A DNA stretch of 58,677 nt from a virus (IMGVR_UViG_3300043429_001390:1-58677), one strand, 5' to 3'; positions 44,814 to 54,095 are shown, counted from the stretch's first letter. The notes: a model not told the origin generated them from the letters alone. Numbers and translations: made by a program.

Positions 44814-45233
44814 ATGAACATGTACACCGTCTCCGACCTCCGCTCTGAGGTCAACTGGCTGCCCCACACCAAGCTTCTCGCCTTCCTCAAGGCCAAGAAG
44901 ATCGCGCCTGCCCACCAAGTCGTGGCCGGCAAGCGCACGTTCCGCCTGTACGACGAGGCAGCACTCATCAAGTGCCGCGCGCTGCGCAAGGCCTACGACG
45001 AGAAGCGCGGCCTGACCAAGAAGTCGCCCGAGCCCGCGCCCGCGCAGCAGCCCTACGCCCCCTCGGTTGCCGCACTGCACCTCGCCATCGAACGCATGGC
45101 CGAGCAGATCACGCGCATGGGCACGCAGCTCGACATCCTGGTCAAGGAGCTGGGCAGTACCGCCAGCTTCGATGACGCGCCCGCGCCCGCACCGGCACCC
45201 GCACCCGCACCCGCGGTCGGAGGCACAGATTGA
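44814..45233 (+). CDS. Putative DNA-binding protein, 139 aa
   Basis: N-terminal HTH-like YTVSDL..KLLAFLK..RLYD, coiled coil, PA-rich tail. Confidence 0.6.
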   Translation: MNMYTVSDLRSEVNWLPHTKLLAFLKAKKIAPAHQVVAGKRTFRLYDEAALIKCRALRKAYDEKRGLTKKSPEPAPAQQPYAPSVAALHLAIERMAEQITRMGTQLDILVKELGSTASFDDAPAPAPAPAPAPAVGGTD

Positions 45234-45469
45234 AGTGCCCAACGTGCGGCGCCTGGACCCAGGTGCTGGAGACGCGATCACACCGCCGGGCGAACGCCAA
45301 GAGGCGTCGCTACGAGTGCGCGAACCAGCACCGGTTCACAACCCTGGAGTCCGTCATTTCCCCGCGTGGCCCTTCCTTCGCGTCTGGAGAGACGGAGTCC
45401 TCTACATCAACCGAGCCCCGCGACGAAAGCGGGATCTCAAGAGTTACGGAGAAGCACCATGGTGAATAG
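45230..45469 (+). CDS. Zinc-ribbon protein (NrdR N-terminal-like), 79 aa
   Basis: MKCPTCG..VLETR..RRRYECANQHRFTTLE; GGAGG RBS, TTG start. Confidence 0.75.
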   Translation: MKCPTCGAWTQVLETRSHRRANAKRRRYECANQHRFTTLESVISPRGPSFASGETESSTSTEPRDESGISRVTEKHHGE

Positions 45470-45665
45470 CTTTGGATGCAAGGGCCCGTGCGACCAAGGC
45501 CGCAAGAACTGCCCCCACCCGCAGGCCTGCGAGCTCGACGACGAGCCGGAGTACGGGCCTCGCGAGTGGTTCGACAGCACCCTGTTCGATGCGCTGTGTG
45601 TCGTGGCGGTCATCACGTGCGTCCTGGCTGTCGCGGCCGCAGCGTACTGGGCGGGTTCGCAGTGA
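45459..45665 (+). CDS. Small Cys-rich membrane protein, 68 aa
   Basis: C.GPCDQGRKNCPHPQAC plus C-terminal TM. Confidence 0.65.
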   Translation: MVNSFGCKGPCDQGRKNCPHPQACELDDEPEYGPREWFDSTLFDALCVVAVITCVLAVAAAAYWAGSQ

Positions 45666-46021
45666 TCACACCGCCCAACAACAAGGGCCGGCGCATCTTC
45701 AAGATCAACGCCTTCACGCAGGCCAAGCTGGTCAAGCTGATGCTCGAAGGCACGTACACCTGTGCGGAGCTGGCCGAGCAGACAGGCCTTCACTACGTGA
45801 CGGTGCTGGGCTACTGCCGCGCGTTCCACCGCGAGGGCGCAGCTCACATCAGCATGTACGAGAAGGACAGCCGAGGCCGCGACTCGCTGAAGGTCTACAA
45901 GATCGGGCCGGGCAAGGACGCCAAGCGCTCCAAGCTCACACCGGCACAGCGACAAGAGCGCGTGCGCAAGCGCAAGCAGATGGCCGCCATGCTCGGGCTC
46001 ACCGCAGGATCGCCATCATGA
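45662..46021 (+). CDS. Winged-HTH protein, 119 aa
   Basis: TCAELAEQTGLHYVTV HTH; GTGA coupling. Confidence 0.7.
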   Translation: MITPPNNKGRRIFKINAFTQAKLVKLMLEGTYTCAELAEQTGLHYVTVLGYCRAFHREGAAHISMYEKDSRGRDSLKVYKIGPGKDAKRSKLTPAQRQERVRKRKQMAAMLGLTAGSPS

Positions 46022-46197
46022 AAGACCAAGACATCCTCGGTCGGCTCGTGCGCATCGAGACTCGACTGAGCAAGCTCATGACCTTCTTCGGGCTCAACCC
46101 GCACACGGGCGAGCCCTTGCCCAACGACAAGCAAAGGACCAACGATGGACCGCGAACCCAAAAGATCGAGCGCCAACAACGTCCAGATAGGCGGTGA
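46018..46197 (+). CDS. Small hypothetical protein, 59 aa
   Basis: ATGA coupling; RLVRIETRL. Confidence 0.55.
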   Translation: MKDQDILGRLVRIETRLSKLMTFFGLNPHTGEPLPNDKQRTNDGPRTQKIERQQRPDRR

Positions 46198-46378
46198 CCA
46201 CTACAAGTCCAAGGCGATCCAGCCCTGGGACTACATCGCAGCCAACAACCTCGGGTTCTTCGAGGGGAACATCGTGAAGTACATCACCCGCTGGAGAGAC
46301 AAGGGCGGCCACGGCGACCTGCTCAAGGCCCGCCACTACCTGGACAAGCTCATCGAGCTTGAGGAGCAAGCGCAATGA
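46145..46378 (+). CDS. DUF3310 / SaV-like protein, 77 aa
   Basis: QIGGDHYK..IQPWDYI..GFFEGNIVKYITRW..KGG..DLLKARHYL. Confidence 0.85.
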   Translation: MDREPKRSSANNVQIGGDHYKSKAIQPWDYIAANNLGFFEGNIVKYITRWRDKGGHGDLLKARHYLDKLIELEEQAQ

Positions 46379-46731
46379 GCCCCGACAAACCCCACGAGGA
46401 CCCGTCGCCCCATGACGAGTACCGGCGCTACATGGACGAGTTGAATCGGCGGCAGATGATGAACGCCTACCCGCCCGGCTTCATCGACCAGCTCAAGCAG
46501 GCTGAATACCACAAGCACATGGCGGCGCAGCAAGCCGCGATGATCAACCAGATGGCATCCAACGCCCACTCGCCCCCGCGGGCCATCACTGTCGGGAAAA
46601 CTCAACTCCGCGAGGACGACGTGCTGGATATGCGCGCCGCCGTTGCGTTCATCCGGTTCGCCATCGAGGCCGACGAGGAGATGAATAGGCTGTGGACCGC
46701 CTTCAAGGTGGCCAGAAAGCTGGAGAGCTGA
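46375..46731 (+). CDS. Hypothetical protein, 118 aa
   Basis: ATGA coupling, GAGGAG RBS. Confidence 0.65.
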   Translation: MSPDKPHEDPSPHDEYRRYMDELNRRQMMNAYPPGFIDQLKQAEYHKHMAAQQAAMINQMASNAHSPPRAITVGKTQLREDDVLDMRAAVAFIRFAIEADEEMNRLWTAFKVARKLES

Positions 46732-46733
46732 AC

Positions 46734-47009
46734 ATGGGCATCCGCAAGTGGCTCCGCAACTGGCTCACCAGTGACGTTCCTCAGGGAGGAGCGATGGCGT
46801 CCATGGACCCTCCCTCGCAGCGGGACACTACCCCCACGTGCCGTGTGTCCGTCCTCAAGGCGATGAACGGGCGCGTGCTGGAGGTGGGGATCTACAAGCC
46901 CAACCCCCGAGGCCCCGACTGGACGTTCGAGCTGTTCATCGTCCCCGAGAACGCGACCATCGCGTCTGCCATCACAACCGTGTTCGCCATGAAGGCGTTG
47001 GAGAACTAG
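46734..47009 (+). CDS. Hypothetical protein, 91 aa
   Basis: GGAG RBS; VLKAMNGRVLEV. Confidence 0.65.
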   Translation: MGIRKWLRNWLTSDVPQGGAMASMDPPSQRDTTPTCRVSVLKAMNGRVLEVGIYKPNPRGPDWTFELFIVPENATIASAITTVFAMKALEN

Positions 47010-47327
47010 ATGAGACCGAGCTACCGAGAAGTGGAGATGGACGTCCTGCGCTGGGCTGAGGCCCGCAGGATCATTCCCAACAGCACCCCGGCCGCGCAGT
47101 TCATGAAGGCTGTGTCGGAGATGGGTGAGCTGTCGGATGCGCTGACCGAGAACGACCGCGAGGCCACGAAGGACGCAGTGGGTGACGTCATGGTGTGCCT
47201 CGTGAACATGTGTGCACTGCTTGACCTCGATGTCGTGGACTGCATGGCGCACGCGTACAACCAGATCAAGGACCGCACGGGCACGATGCTGCCCGGAGGC
47301 GTGTTCGTGAAGGACCCTGCCCCCTGA
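47010..47327 (+). CDS. MazG-like NTP pyrophosphohydrolase, 105 aa
   Basis: WAEAR..Q..K.VSEMGEL..DAVGDVMV..AYNQIKDRTG..GVFVK. Confidence 0.88.
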   Translation: MRPSYREVEMDVLRWAEARRIIPNSTPAAQFMKAVSEMGELSDALTENDREATKDAVGDVMVCLVNMCALLDLDVVDCMAHAYNQIKDRTGTMLPGGVFVKDPAP

Positions 47328-47479
47328 GTTGCTCACCCGCATTGCACATACGGCCGTGCGCAGCGCGGGGGCAGGATGTGCTGTAGACGCTGCGCGCGGG
47401 AGGTCTCCATAACGAGTAACGCCATCGGAATGTGCATCGGCGTGACAGCACGGAGAGACGGCACTTACAAGGACAACGA

Positions 47480-49432
47480 ATGAGCTTGACACCCACCTAC
47501 ATCGACTTCGAGACGTACTGGTCCGCGGACCACTCGCTAACCAAGATGTCTCCGACCGAGTACGTCATGCACCCGGACACCGAGATCATCTCGGTGGCCA
47601 TCAAGGTGGGGAACGCACCCACCGACGTCATCTTCGGCGAGAGTGAGATCAAGCGTCACCTGGACGCACTCGACTGGTCGGCCAAGATGGCCATCGGCCA
47701 CAACATGAGCGGCTTCGACGCCATGATCATGGCCTGGAGGTTCGGCATCCACCCGAAGATGTGGGGGTGCACGGCAGCCATGGCGCGCAGCAAGTACGGC
47801 AAGACGTGCGGCGTGTCGCTCAAGGCCCTGTCCAAGGAGCTCGGCATCGGCGCCAAGCTCGACCTGGAGGCCACCAACACCAAGGGCAAGCACCTCAAGG
47901 ACTTCACGCCCGCCGAGCTGGCCGCGATGGAGGAGTACAACAAGATCGACACGGAGCTGTGCGCTGCTCTCTTCAAGGCGCTCGCACGCGGCTTCCCCAG
48001 GAACGAGCTGGTGCACATCGACATGACCACGCGCATGCTGGTGGAGCCCAAGTTCGAGCTCGACGTGGCGCGCGTGGAGAGCGCGCTCGATCAGGTGCGC
48101 GAGGAGAAGAAGCGTTCGCTCATGCACTTGGCGATGCAGCTCGGCATCGAGGAGTTCGTGACCCGTGCGCTGGATGGCGAAGCCTCCATCGAGGAGCAGG
48201 TGCGAGAGCAGCTCGCCTCGTCGATCAAGTTCGCCGCGCTGCTGGACCGCCTGGATGTGGAAGTGCCCATGAAGCCCTCGCCCACCAACTCCGGCAGGCT
48301 GGTGCCGGCGCTGGCCAAGACCGACGAGGCGTTCCTCAAGCTGCAGGAGCACCCCAACCCCATCGTGGCTGCGGCCGCGCGTGCCCGGCTCGACGTCAAG
48401 TCCACGCTGCTGGAGACGCGACTGCAAGCCTTCCTGCGTGCGGCCAAGGCGTGCGGCGGCAGGCTGCCCGTGCCGCTCAAGTACGTGGGCGCAGACACCA
48501 CTGGGCGCTGGTCGGGCGAGCAGTACAACATGCAGAACCTGCCGCGCATCCCTCGTGACAAGGAGGGGAACATCATCGACAAGCCCAGCAACGCGCTGCG
48601 TCTGAGCCTGCGTGTCCCCGAGGGGCACAAGGTCATCGTGGCGGACCTCTCCGGCATCGAGCTGCGGGTCAACCACTTCCTGTGGAAGGTGAGCTCCTCC
48701 ATGGCGCTGTTCAAGGCGGACCCGGCCAAGGCGGACCTGTACAAGGACTTCGCGTCCATGCTGTATCAGATCGCCAAGGAAGAGGTGACCAAGGACCAGC
48801 GACAGGTGGGCAAGGTCGCCCACCTCGGGCTGGGGTTCGGTGCCGGCGCAGCCACGTTCAGGAAGGTCGCCAAGCTCATGGCCACCATCGACCTGAGCGA
48901 GGAGGAGGCGCAGACCGTGGTCCTCGCGTGGCGCAGTGCGTACAGCGAGATCGTCGCCGGCTGGGCGTCGTTCCAAGAGCACCTGCCCAAGATCCTTGAG
49001 GGCGTCGAGTCATCCATCGACCCGTGGGGTCTTTGCGTGACCGAGAAGAACGCCGTGCGGCTGCCGTCCGGGCGTCGCATCTACTACCCTGCCCTCACAC
49101 GCCATCGCGACGAGGAGACCGGCAAGTCCGAATGGTGGTACGGCGTGGGCCGGCACCGGGCCCGCATCTACGCCGGCAAGGGGGTGGAGAACCTCGTGCA
49201 GGCGCTTGCCCGAGACGTCATCGCGGACAACGCCCTGGCGTTCCGAAAAGCCACCGGGCTCTCACCGGCGCTCACTGTCCATGACGAGCTCGCTTACGTG
49301 GTGCCGCAGAAGCAGGCCGACAGCCTGCTGGAGCAACTGCAGGCCACCATGCGCATCGCGCCGACGTGGTGGCCGGAGCTCGTCACGTGGAGTGAGGGCG
49401 ACGTGGCGGACTGTTACGGCGAGGCGAAGTAG
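47480..49432 (+). CDS. Family A DNA polymerase with 3'-5' exonuclease, 650 aa
   Basis: ExoI IDFETY, ExoII HNMSGFD, TGRWS..NMQNLPR, motif A DLSGIELR, motif B RQVGKVAHLGLGFG, motif C TVHDE; AAGGA RBS. Confidence 0.95.
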   Translation: MSLTPTYIDFETYWSADHSLTKMSPTEYVMHPDTEIISVAIKVGNAPTDVIFGESEIKRHLDALDWSAKMAIGHNMSGFDAMIMAWRFGIHPKMWGCTAAMARSKYGKTCGVSLKALSKELGIGAKLDLEATNTKGKHLKDFTPAELAAMEEYNKIDTELCAALFKALARGFPRNELVHIDMTTRMLVEPKFELDVARVESALDQVREEKKRSLMHLAMQLGIEEFVTRALDGEASIEEQVREQLASSIKFAALLDRLDVEVPMKPSPTNSGRLVPALAKTDEAFLKLQEHPNPIVAAAARARLDVKSTLLETRLQAFLRAAKACGGRLPVPLKYVGADTTGRWSGEQYNMQNLPRIPRDKEGNIIDKPSNALRLSLRVPEGHKVIVADLSGIELRVNHFLWKVSSSMALFKADPAKADLYKDFASMLYQIAKEEVTKDQRQVGKVAHLGLGFGAGAATFRKVAKLMATIDLSEEEAQTVVLAWRSAYSEIVAGWASFQEHLPKILEGVESSIDPWGLCVTEKNAVRLPSGRRIYYPALTRHRDEETGKSEWWYGVGRHRARIYAGKGVENLVQALARDVIADNALAFRKATGLSPALTVHDELAYVVPQKQADSLLEQLQATMRIAPTWWPELVTWSEGDVADCYGEAK

Positions 49433-49497
49433 CTTGTCTCGGGGGGCAACTATGTGTAATGTGATGGCAATTCTGCTAACACCTTACAGGGTTTCCC

Positions 49498-50100
49498 ATG
49501 ATCAGCTACGACCTCATGCGAGCGAGGATGGCTGTGCAGTTCCTTGTCGACAGCTCGTACTTTCATCAGCACGTCCGCAAGCTTCGCACTGCCGTGGTGC
49601 GCCCCAGAGCCATGCCGTTCAAGGCCGACGCCGAGCCGCTCAACGAGCTGCTGGTGATTGGCCGGCAGAACGTGCAGGCGATGGAGAACCTGATCGAGGT
49701 CGCACAGATCAAGCGCGACGGCCGCAACGACTACCAGCGCCAGTACATGGCGGCCAAGCGCCAGCGCGACCGCAAGGTCGTCGAGTTCGAGGAGCGCGTG
49801 CTTGGCAAAAAGCTCGCGCCGGAAGCCAAGGTCCAGGTTCTGCACCGGCAGTACGCCACGTGGAACCGCGAGCGCGACGCCTACATCAAGTCCATGGGCG
49901 AAGTGACCTGGACAGAACGCAACGACCGGCTGCGCGAGTTCTGGGCCCGCAAGGAGCGAGAGATCGACGCCCTGATCGAGGAGGCCAAGGTCAACGGTCC
50001 GGTCAAGCGCAAGCGCATCGTCAAGGTTGCACCAAAGCCGAGCACGGCGTTCGGCGAGAAGCTGACCAAGGCGATCCAGTACCCGCCCTCGAAGCGTTGA
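49498..50100 (+). CDS. Hypothetical basic helical protein, 200 aa
   Basis: Native codon usage; preceded by candidate promoter TTGTCT-N17-TAATGT (49434-49462). Confidence 0.7.
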   Translation: MISYDLMRARMAVQFLVDSSYFHQHVRKLRTAVVRPRAMPFKADAEPLNELLVIGRQNVQAMENLIEVAQIKRDGRNDYQRQYMAAKRQRDRKVVEFEERVLGKKLAPEAKVQVLHRQYATWNRERDAYIKSMGEVTWTERNDRLREFWARKEREIDALIEEAKVNGPVKRKRIVKVAPKPSTAFGEKLTKAIQYPPSKR

Positions 50101-50131
50101 CAGTTCGACGGCCTGACCCTACAGTCAGGCC
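50097..50131 (+). promoter_or_regulatory. Putative sigma70 promoter TTGACA-N17-TACAGT with palindrome over the -10
   Basis: TTGACA 50097-50102, TACAGT 50120-50125; GGCCTGAC-N6-GTCAGGCC at 50110-50131. Confidence 0.6.
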
Positions 50132-50179
50132 CTAACTCAATGGACCCCAGCGACGAATGTCGTCCTGGGGCGTAACCGC

Positions 50180-50848
50180 ATGAAGATGCCAGCCTGGACC
50201 TACTCGCAGCTCGACTCGTTCGAGAGCTGCCCCAAGAAGTTCTACCACCTGAAGGTAGTCCGAGATGTGGTGGAGCCGCCCTCGGTACATACCGAGTGGG
50301 GGACCAAGGTCCACACCGCTTTCGAGGACGCCATCAAGAAGGGTGACCACCTACCCGAAGGGATGACCCAATGGCAAGTTCTAGCCAACAAGTTGGCCAA
50401 GCTGCCCGGGGAGAAGCTCACCGAGGTCAAGTTCGCGATCGACCGCTCGTTCCAGCCCGCTGACTGGAAGAACTCCTGGAGCCGCGGAATAGCCGACCTT
50501 CTCGTGGTTTGCGGGGAGAAAGCCGCGGTAATGGACTACAAGACCGGCAAACGCAAGCCCTCCGAACAGTTGGACCTGTACGCCAATTACGTCTTCCACC
50601 ACTACCCGCAAGTCAACAAAGTCACCACAGGCTTCGTGTGGTTGAAAGATAGACGCATCGACTGGAAACCCATTACAAGGTCTTCACTATCAGAGACTTG
50701 GCAGTCATTATTGCCACGGGTTCGCAAGTTAGAGTCAGCGTACGAACGCGATAGCTGGCCGGCGCGACCCTCGGGGCTGTGTAACGGCTGGTGCCCCGTC
50801 ACTTCGTGTCAGTTCAACAAGGACAGATCGGGGAAAGGACGTGGTTAG
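50180..50848 (+). CDS. PD-(D/E)XK exonuclease (Cas4/RecB-like), 222 aa
   Basis: WTYSQL..F..CP, GTKVH..E, RGIADL, MDYKTGK, QLDLYA, LCNGWCPV..C. Confidence 0.9.
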   Translation: MKMPAWTYSQLDSFESCPKKFYHLKVVRDVVEPPSVHTEWGTKVHTAFEDAIKKGDHLPEGMTQWQVLANKLAKLPGEKLTEVKFAIDRSFQPADWKNSWSRGIADLLVVCGEKAAVMDYKTGKRKPSEQLDLYANYVFHHYPQVNKVTTGFVWLKDRRIDWKPITRSSLSETWQSLLPRVRKLESAYERDSWPARPSGLCNGWCPVTSCQFNKDRSGKGRG

Positions 50849-51005
50849 GACTGAATACTCGTGGTTGACCAGCGAGGAGCTGGTCATCGTGGCCTCCAAC
50901 AAGAAGTCAGCAACTCCCCTGGAGATCGAGCTGGCTCAGAGGCTGGCCGTTTACATCGAAGACCAGAAAGGGGCTGATGAATGCCCACCCCAGAAGGACG
51001 AGTGA
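50841..51005 (+). CDS. Small hypothetical protein, 54 aa
   Basis: AAAGGA RBS, GTG start; TPLEIELAQRL. Confidence 0.5.
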   Translation: MVRTEYSWLTSEELVIVASNKKSATPLEIELAQRLAVYIEDQKGADECPPQKDE

Positions 51006-51319
51006 AGGAGTCCGTGAGGAAGTTCCTCAAGGACAAGGGGGTCTGGTACTACCAGCCCGTGCAGAACGGCATGGGTGTGGTCGGCATCCCCGACTTCGTG
51101 TGCTGCTGGCACGGCAGATTCATCGCCATCGAGACCAAGGCGCCCGGCAAGGTGTTGGCCACCACGCCCAACCAGAACCGGGTGCTGCAAGCCATCTACG
51201 ACCACGGGGGCTACACCATGGTCGTGGACGACATCGCCCTGCTGAAGAAGCAGTTCACCGCCATCGAAGTCGCGCTCGCACTGGAAGGAGTTCAACATGC
51301 CAAAGTCAACCGCGCGTAA
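50981..51319 (+). CDS. VRR-NUC domain nuclease / resolvase, 112 aa
   Basis: TPEGRVK..GIPDF..FIAIETKAPGK..TPNQ..GG..VV. Confidence 0.9.
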   Translation: MPTPEGRVKESVRKFLKDKGVWYYQPVQNGMGVVGIPDFVCCWHGRFIAIETKAPGKVLATTPNQNRVLQAIYDHGGYTMVVDDIALLKKQFTAIEVALALEGVQHAKVNRA

Positions 51320-51563
51320 GCTGGAGTACCAGAAGGCGTACAACGCCCGACCGGAGGAAGTCGCCAAGCGCGTGAAGAACAACGCCGCGCGCCGCGAGGC
51401 CATCAAGCAGGGCCGAGCCAAGGTGGGCGACGGCAAGGACGTGGCTCACAAGGTGAGCCTGGAGAACGGAGGCACCAACGCGGCGGGCAACCTCGCAGTG
51501 CAGTCCCGCGCCAAGAACCGCGGGTGGAGGAAGGGCAGTGGCTCTTACAACCCAGACAAGTGA
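51297..51563 (+). CDS. HNH-like endonuclease, 88 aa
   Basis: GDGKDVAHKVSLENGGTN..NLAV.SRAKNR. Confidence 0.75.
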   Translation: MPKSTARKLEYQKAYNARPEEVAKRVKNNAARREAIKQGRAKVGDGKDVAHKVSLENGGTNAAGNLAVQSRAKNRGWRKGSGSYNPDK

Positions 51564-51582
51564 GCACCTGTACGAGAGGGCT

Positions 51583-51780
51583 ATGTTCGCGAAGCTGCGT
51601 CAGCAGGGTCTGACCCACGTGACCCACCTTCGGCGGGCGTACGAGATCGAGACCGCGACGCAGAAGTGGGCCTGGAAGACCAAGGCCGGCAACATCGGGG
51701 TCTTCGACATGGTCGATACGCTGAACCCAACCACCGAGGAGCTGACCGCGATGTTCGTGGCCATCAAGCTCACTGACTGA
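51583..51780 (+). CDS. Small hypothetical protein
   Basis: GAGAGG before ATG 51583; alternative start 51538. Confidence 0.5.
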   Translation: MFAKLRQQGLTHVTHLRRAYEIETATQKWAWKTKAGNIGVFDMVDTLNPTTEELTAMFVAIKLTD

Positions 51781-51791
51781 CCCCCACAACA

Positions 51792-52073
51792 ATGACCTTC
51801 GACTTCTCCTCCCCCAAGCTGTGGCAGTTCAGCGGGCACGTGCACTTCATGGTGCAGCCGACCCCCGCCAACAAGCTTCCCCAGCCCATGCGCCAGTTGC
51901 GCGCCAAGACCTACGGCGTCGTCGCCAAGAGCTTCGACTCCGCGCTCGTCAAACTGAGGTCCGCAGTCCCGGAAGACCAGTTCCGCGTCCAGAACGTCGG
52001 CATGCACGATGTGCCCATCGACCTCATCGCCGACGACCCGGTGGCTCACTGGGTGGCCGCGTCACTGGAGTAG
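51792..52073 (+). CDS. Hypothetical protein, 93 aa
   Basis: Native codon usage; fills gap before helicase. Confidence 0.6.
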   Translation: MTFDFSSPKLWQFSGHVHFMVQPTPANKLPQPMRQLRAKTYGVVAKSFDSALVKLRSAVPEDQFRVQNVGMHDVPIDLIADDPVAHWVAASLE

Positions 52074-52075
52074 GC

Positions 52076-53656
52076 ATGCTTATCCACAAGCGCAAGAAGG
52101 CAGTCGTCCTCAAGCTGCGCAACCCTGAACGCGTAACGACCGTCATCCCGACGGCCATCCAGGTCAACGCCCACATGGTGGCGGTTCCGCACCGCCCCGA
52201 TGAGACAAGGGTGCTGCGCAACCTGGGCTTCGAGGTCCCCGACCCGATGCCCATTCACTACGACTGGCCCAAGGTCAACGGCCACCACGATCCGTTCGCG
52301 GCCCAGCGCACGACGGCCAACTTCCTGGCCATGCACTCGCGTGCCTACTGCCTGAACGGCATGGGCACCGGCAAGACGAACTCGGCGCTGTGGGCCTACG
52401 ACTACCTGCGGCGCACCAAGCAGGCCAAGCGCATGCTGGTCGTGTGCCCGCTGTCCACGATGGAGCGTACCTGGGCGGACTCGGTGTTCTTCACCTTCCC
52501 CCACCTCGACTGCGCGGTGCTGCACGGCACTCGCAGCAAGCGTCTGAAGCTGCTTCAGCAGGACGTCCACATCTACATCATCAACATCGACGGGCTAAGC
52601 ACCATCCGCGACGAGCTGGCCAAGCGCGACGACATCGACTTGGTCGTCATCGACGAGCTGGCCTTGGCGCGCAACTCGGGAACCGAACGATGGAAGACCC
52701 TGAACACGATCTGCAACAAGCAGCACAGCCGCAGGGTGTGGGGGATGACTGGCTCGCCCACCCCGAACGCCCCGACCGACGCATGGGCGCAGTGCCGGCT
52801 GGTGACCCCCGACAACCCCGACGTGCCGAAGTACTTCGGCAAGTTCCGGGACATGGTCATGAAGCAGTTGAGCCCCTTCAAGTGGGTGGCTCGCCAGAAC
52901 GCGATGGAGACGGTGCACAACATGATGCAGCCGGCCATCCGGTTCGCGCTGGAGGACTGCGTGGACTTGCCCGAGCAGACCTTCATCACCCGCGAGGTGG
53001 CGATGACTGCGGAGCAGGCCAAGGCCTACAAGGACATGCTGGCCAAGCTTTCGACGGAGTACCAGGGCGGGCAGATCCTGGCGGTCAACGAGGCGGTCAA
53101 GGCCAACAAGCTCATCCAGATCGCCTGCGGCGTCGCCTACGGTACCGATGGCACCGAGGTCGTGATTCCCTCGACCCCGCGGCTGGAGGTGCTCAAGGAG
53201 CTCATCGAAGAGTCCACCGGGAAGGTGATCGTATTCGTACCCCTGACTGCTGCGCTGGAGTCTGTCGCCCAGGCGCTGAAGGCCGACTGGAGCGTGGAGG
53301 TCGTCCACGGCGAGACCAGTAAGGCCGAGCGCGACCGCATCTTCGGCGACTTCCAGCATCAGATCCACCCACGGGTGCTGGTGGCCAACGCGGCGACCAT
53401 GAGCCACGGCCTGACCCTGACGGCTGCCACCACCATCGTGTGGTACGCCCCAGTGCACAGCAACGAGATCTACGAGCAGGCCTGCGCCCGGGTCCGCCGG
53501 CCCGGCCAGAAGCGCACCACGGTCATCGCCCACATCGCCGGCAGCGACATCGAGCGCCGGGTCTACAAGCGCCTGCAGGACAAGCAGTCCATGCAGGGCC
53601 TGCTGCTCGATCTGGTCCGAGAAGGGAGCAAAGGTGAGTTAGCAACTACCCCTTGA
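52076..53656 (+). CDS. SF2 (SNF2-like) helicase, 526 aa
   Basis: MGTGKT, VVIDEL, MTGSPTPN, HGLTLTAA, YEQACARVRRPGQ; GGAG RBS. Confidence 0.92.
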   Translation: MLIHKRKKAVVLKLRNPERVTTVIPTAIQVNAHMVAVPHRPDETRVLRNLGFEVPDPMPIHYDWPKVNGHHDPFAAQRTTANFLAMHSRAYCLNGMGTGKTNSALWAYDYLRRTKQAKRMLVVCPLSTMERTWADSVFFTFPHLDCAVLHGTRSKRLKLLQQDVHIYIINIDGLSTIRDELAKRDDIDLVVIDELALARNSGTERWKTLNTICNKQHSRRVWGMTGSPTPNAPTDAWAQCRLVTPDNPDVPKYFGKFRDMVMKQLSPFKWVARQNAMETVHNMMQPAIRFALEDCVDLPEQTFITREVAMTAEQAKAYKDMLAKLSTEYQGGQILAVNEAVKANKLIQIACGVAYGTDGTEVVIPSTPRLEVLKELIEESTGKVIVFVPLTAALESVAQALKADWSVEVVHGETSKAERDRIFGDFQHQIHPRVLVANAATMSHGLTLTAATTIVWYAPVHSNEIYEQACARVRRPGQKRTTVIAHIAGSDIERRVYKRLQDKQSMQGLLLDLVREGSKGELATTP

Positions 53657-53681
53657 CGGCCGGGACAACTGGCACCACAAT
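53653..53681 (+). promoter_or_regulatory. Putative sigma70 promoter TTGACG-N17-CACAAT
   Basis: Spacing exact; GTTAGCA just upstream at 53638. Confidence 0.5.
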
Positions 53682-53708
53682 TCACTTCCTTACAAAAGGA
53701 GCTAACAC

Positions 53709-54095
53709 ATGAAACTGTCCGAAGCAGTTAGCTTGTACATTCGACTGCGTGACCGTAAGGCCGAGATCAAGGCCCAGATGGACGAGCAGATCGCACCCAT
53801 CCAAGAGAAGATGGACAAGCTGGAAGCCAAGCTGCTGGAGGCCTTCCAGGCCACCGGCGTGGACTCGGTGAAGACCGAGTTCGGCACCGCCTACACGAGC
53901 GTTCGCACGACGGCCAGCGTGGCCGATCGCGACGCCTTCATGGAGTTCGTCAAGGCCCGCGGAGAGTGGAGCCTGCTGGAGGTCCGCGCCGCGAAGACCG
54001 CCATCGAACAGTACCGAGCCGCCAACGACGACGAGCTGCCCCCGGGTGTCAACATCCGTGAGGAAAGGGTCGTCAACGTCCGTCGGTCCGCGTAA
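53709..54095 (+). CDS. Conserved replication-module protein, 128 aa
   Basis: AAGGAG RBS; coiled coil then GVDSVKTEFGT..VAD..F..LLE.R..LPPGV. Confidence 0.75.
   Translation: MKLSEAVSLYIRLRDRKAEIKAQMDEQIAPIQEKMDKLEAKLLEAFQATGVDSVKTEFGTAYTSVRTTASVADRDAFMEFVKARGEWSLLEVRAAKTAIEQYRAANDDELPPGVNIREERVVNVRRSA

Noticed and set aside
50180-50848. Cas4 as evidence of a CRISPR system
   Set aside because: Stand-alone Cas4-like exonucleases are normal in phage replication modules
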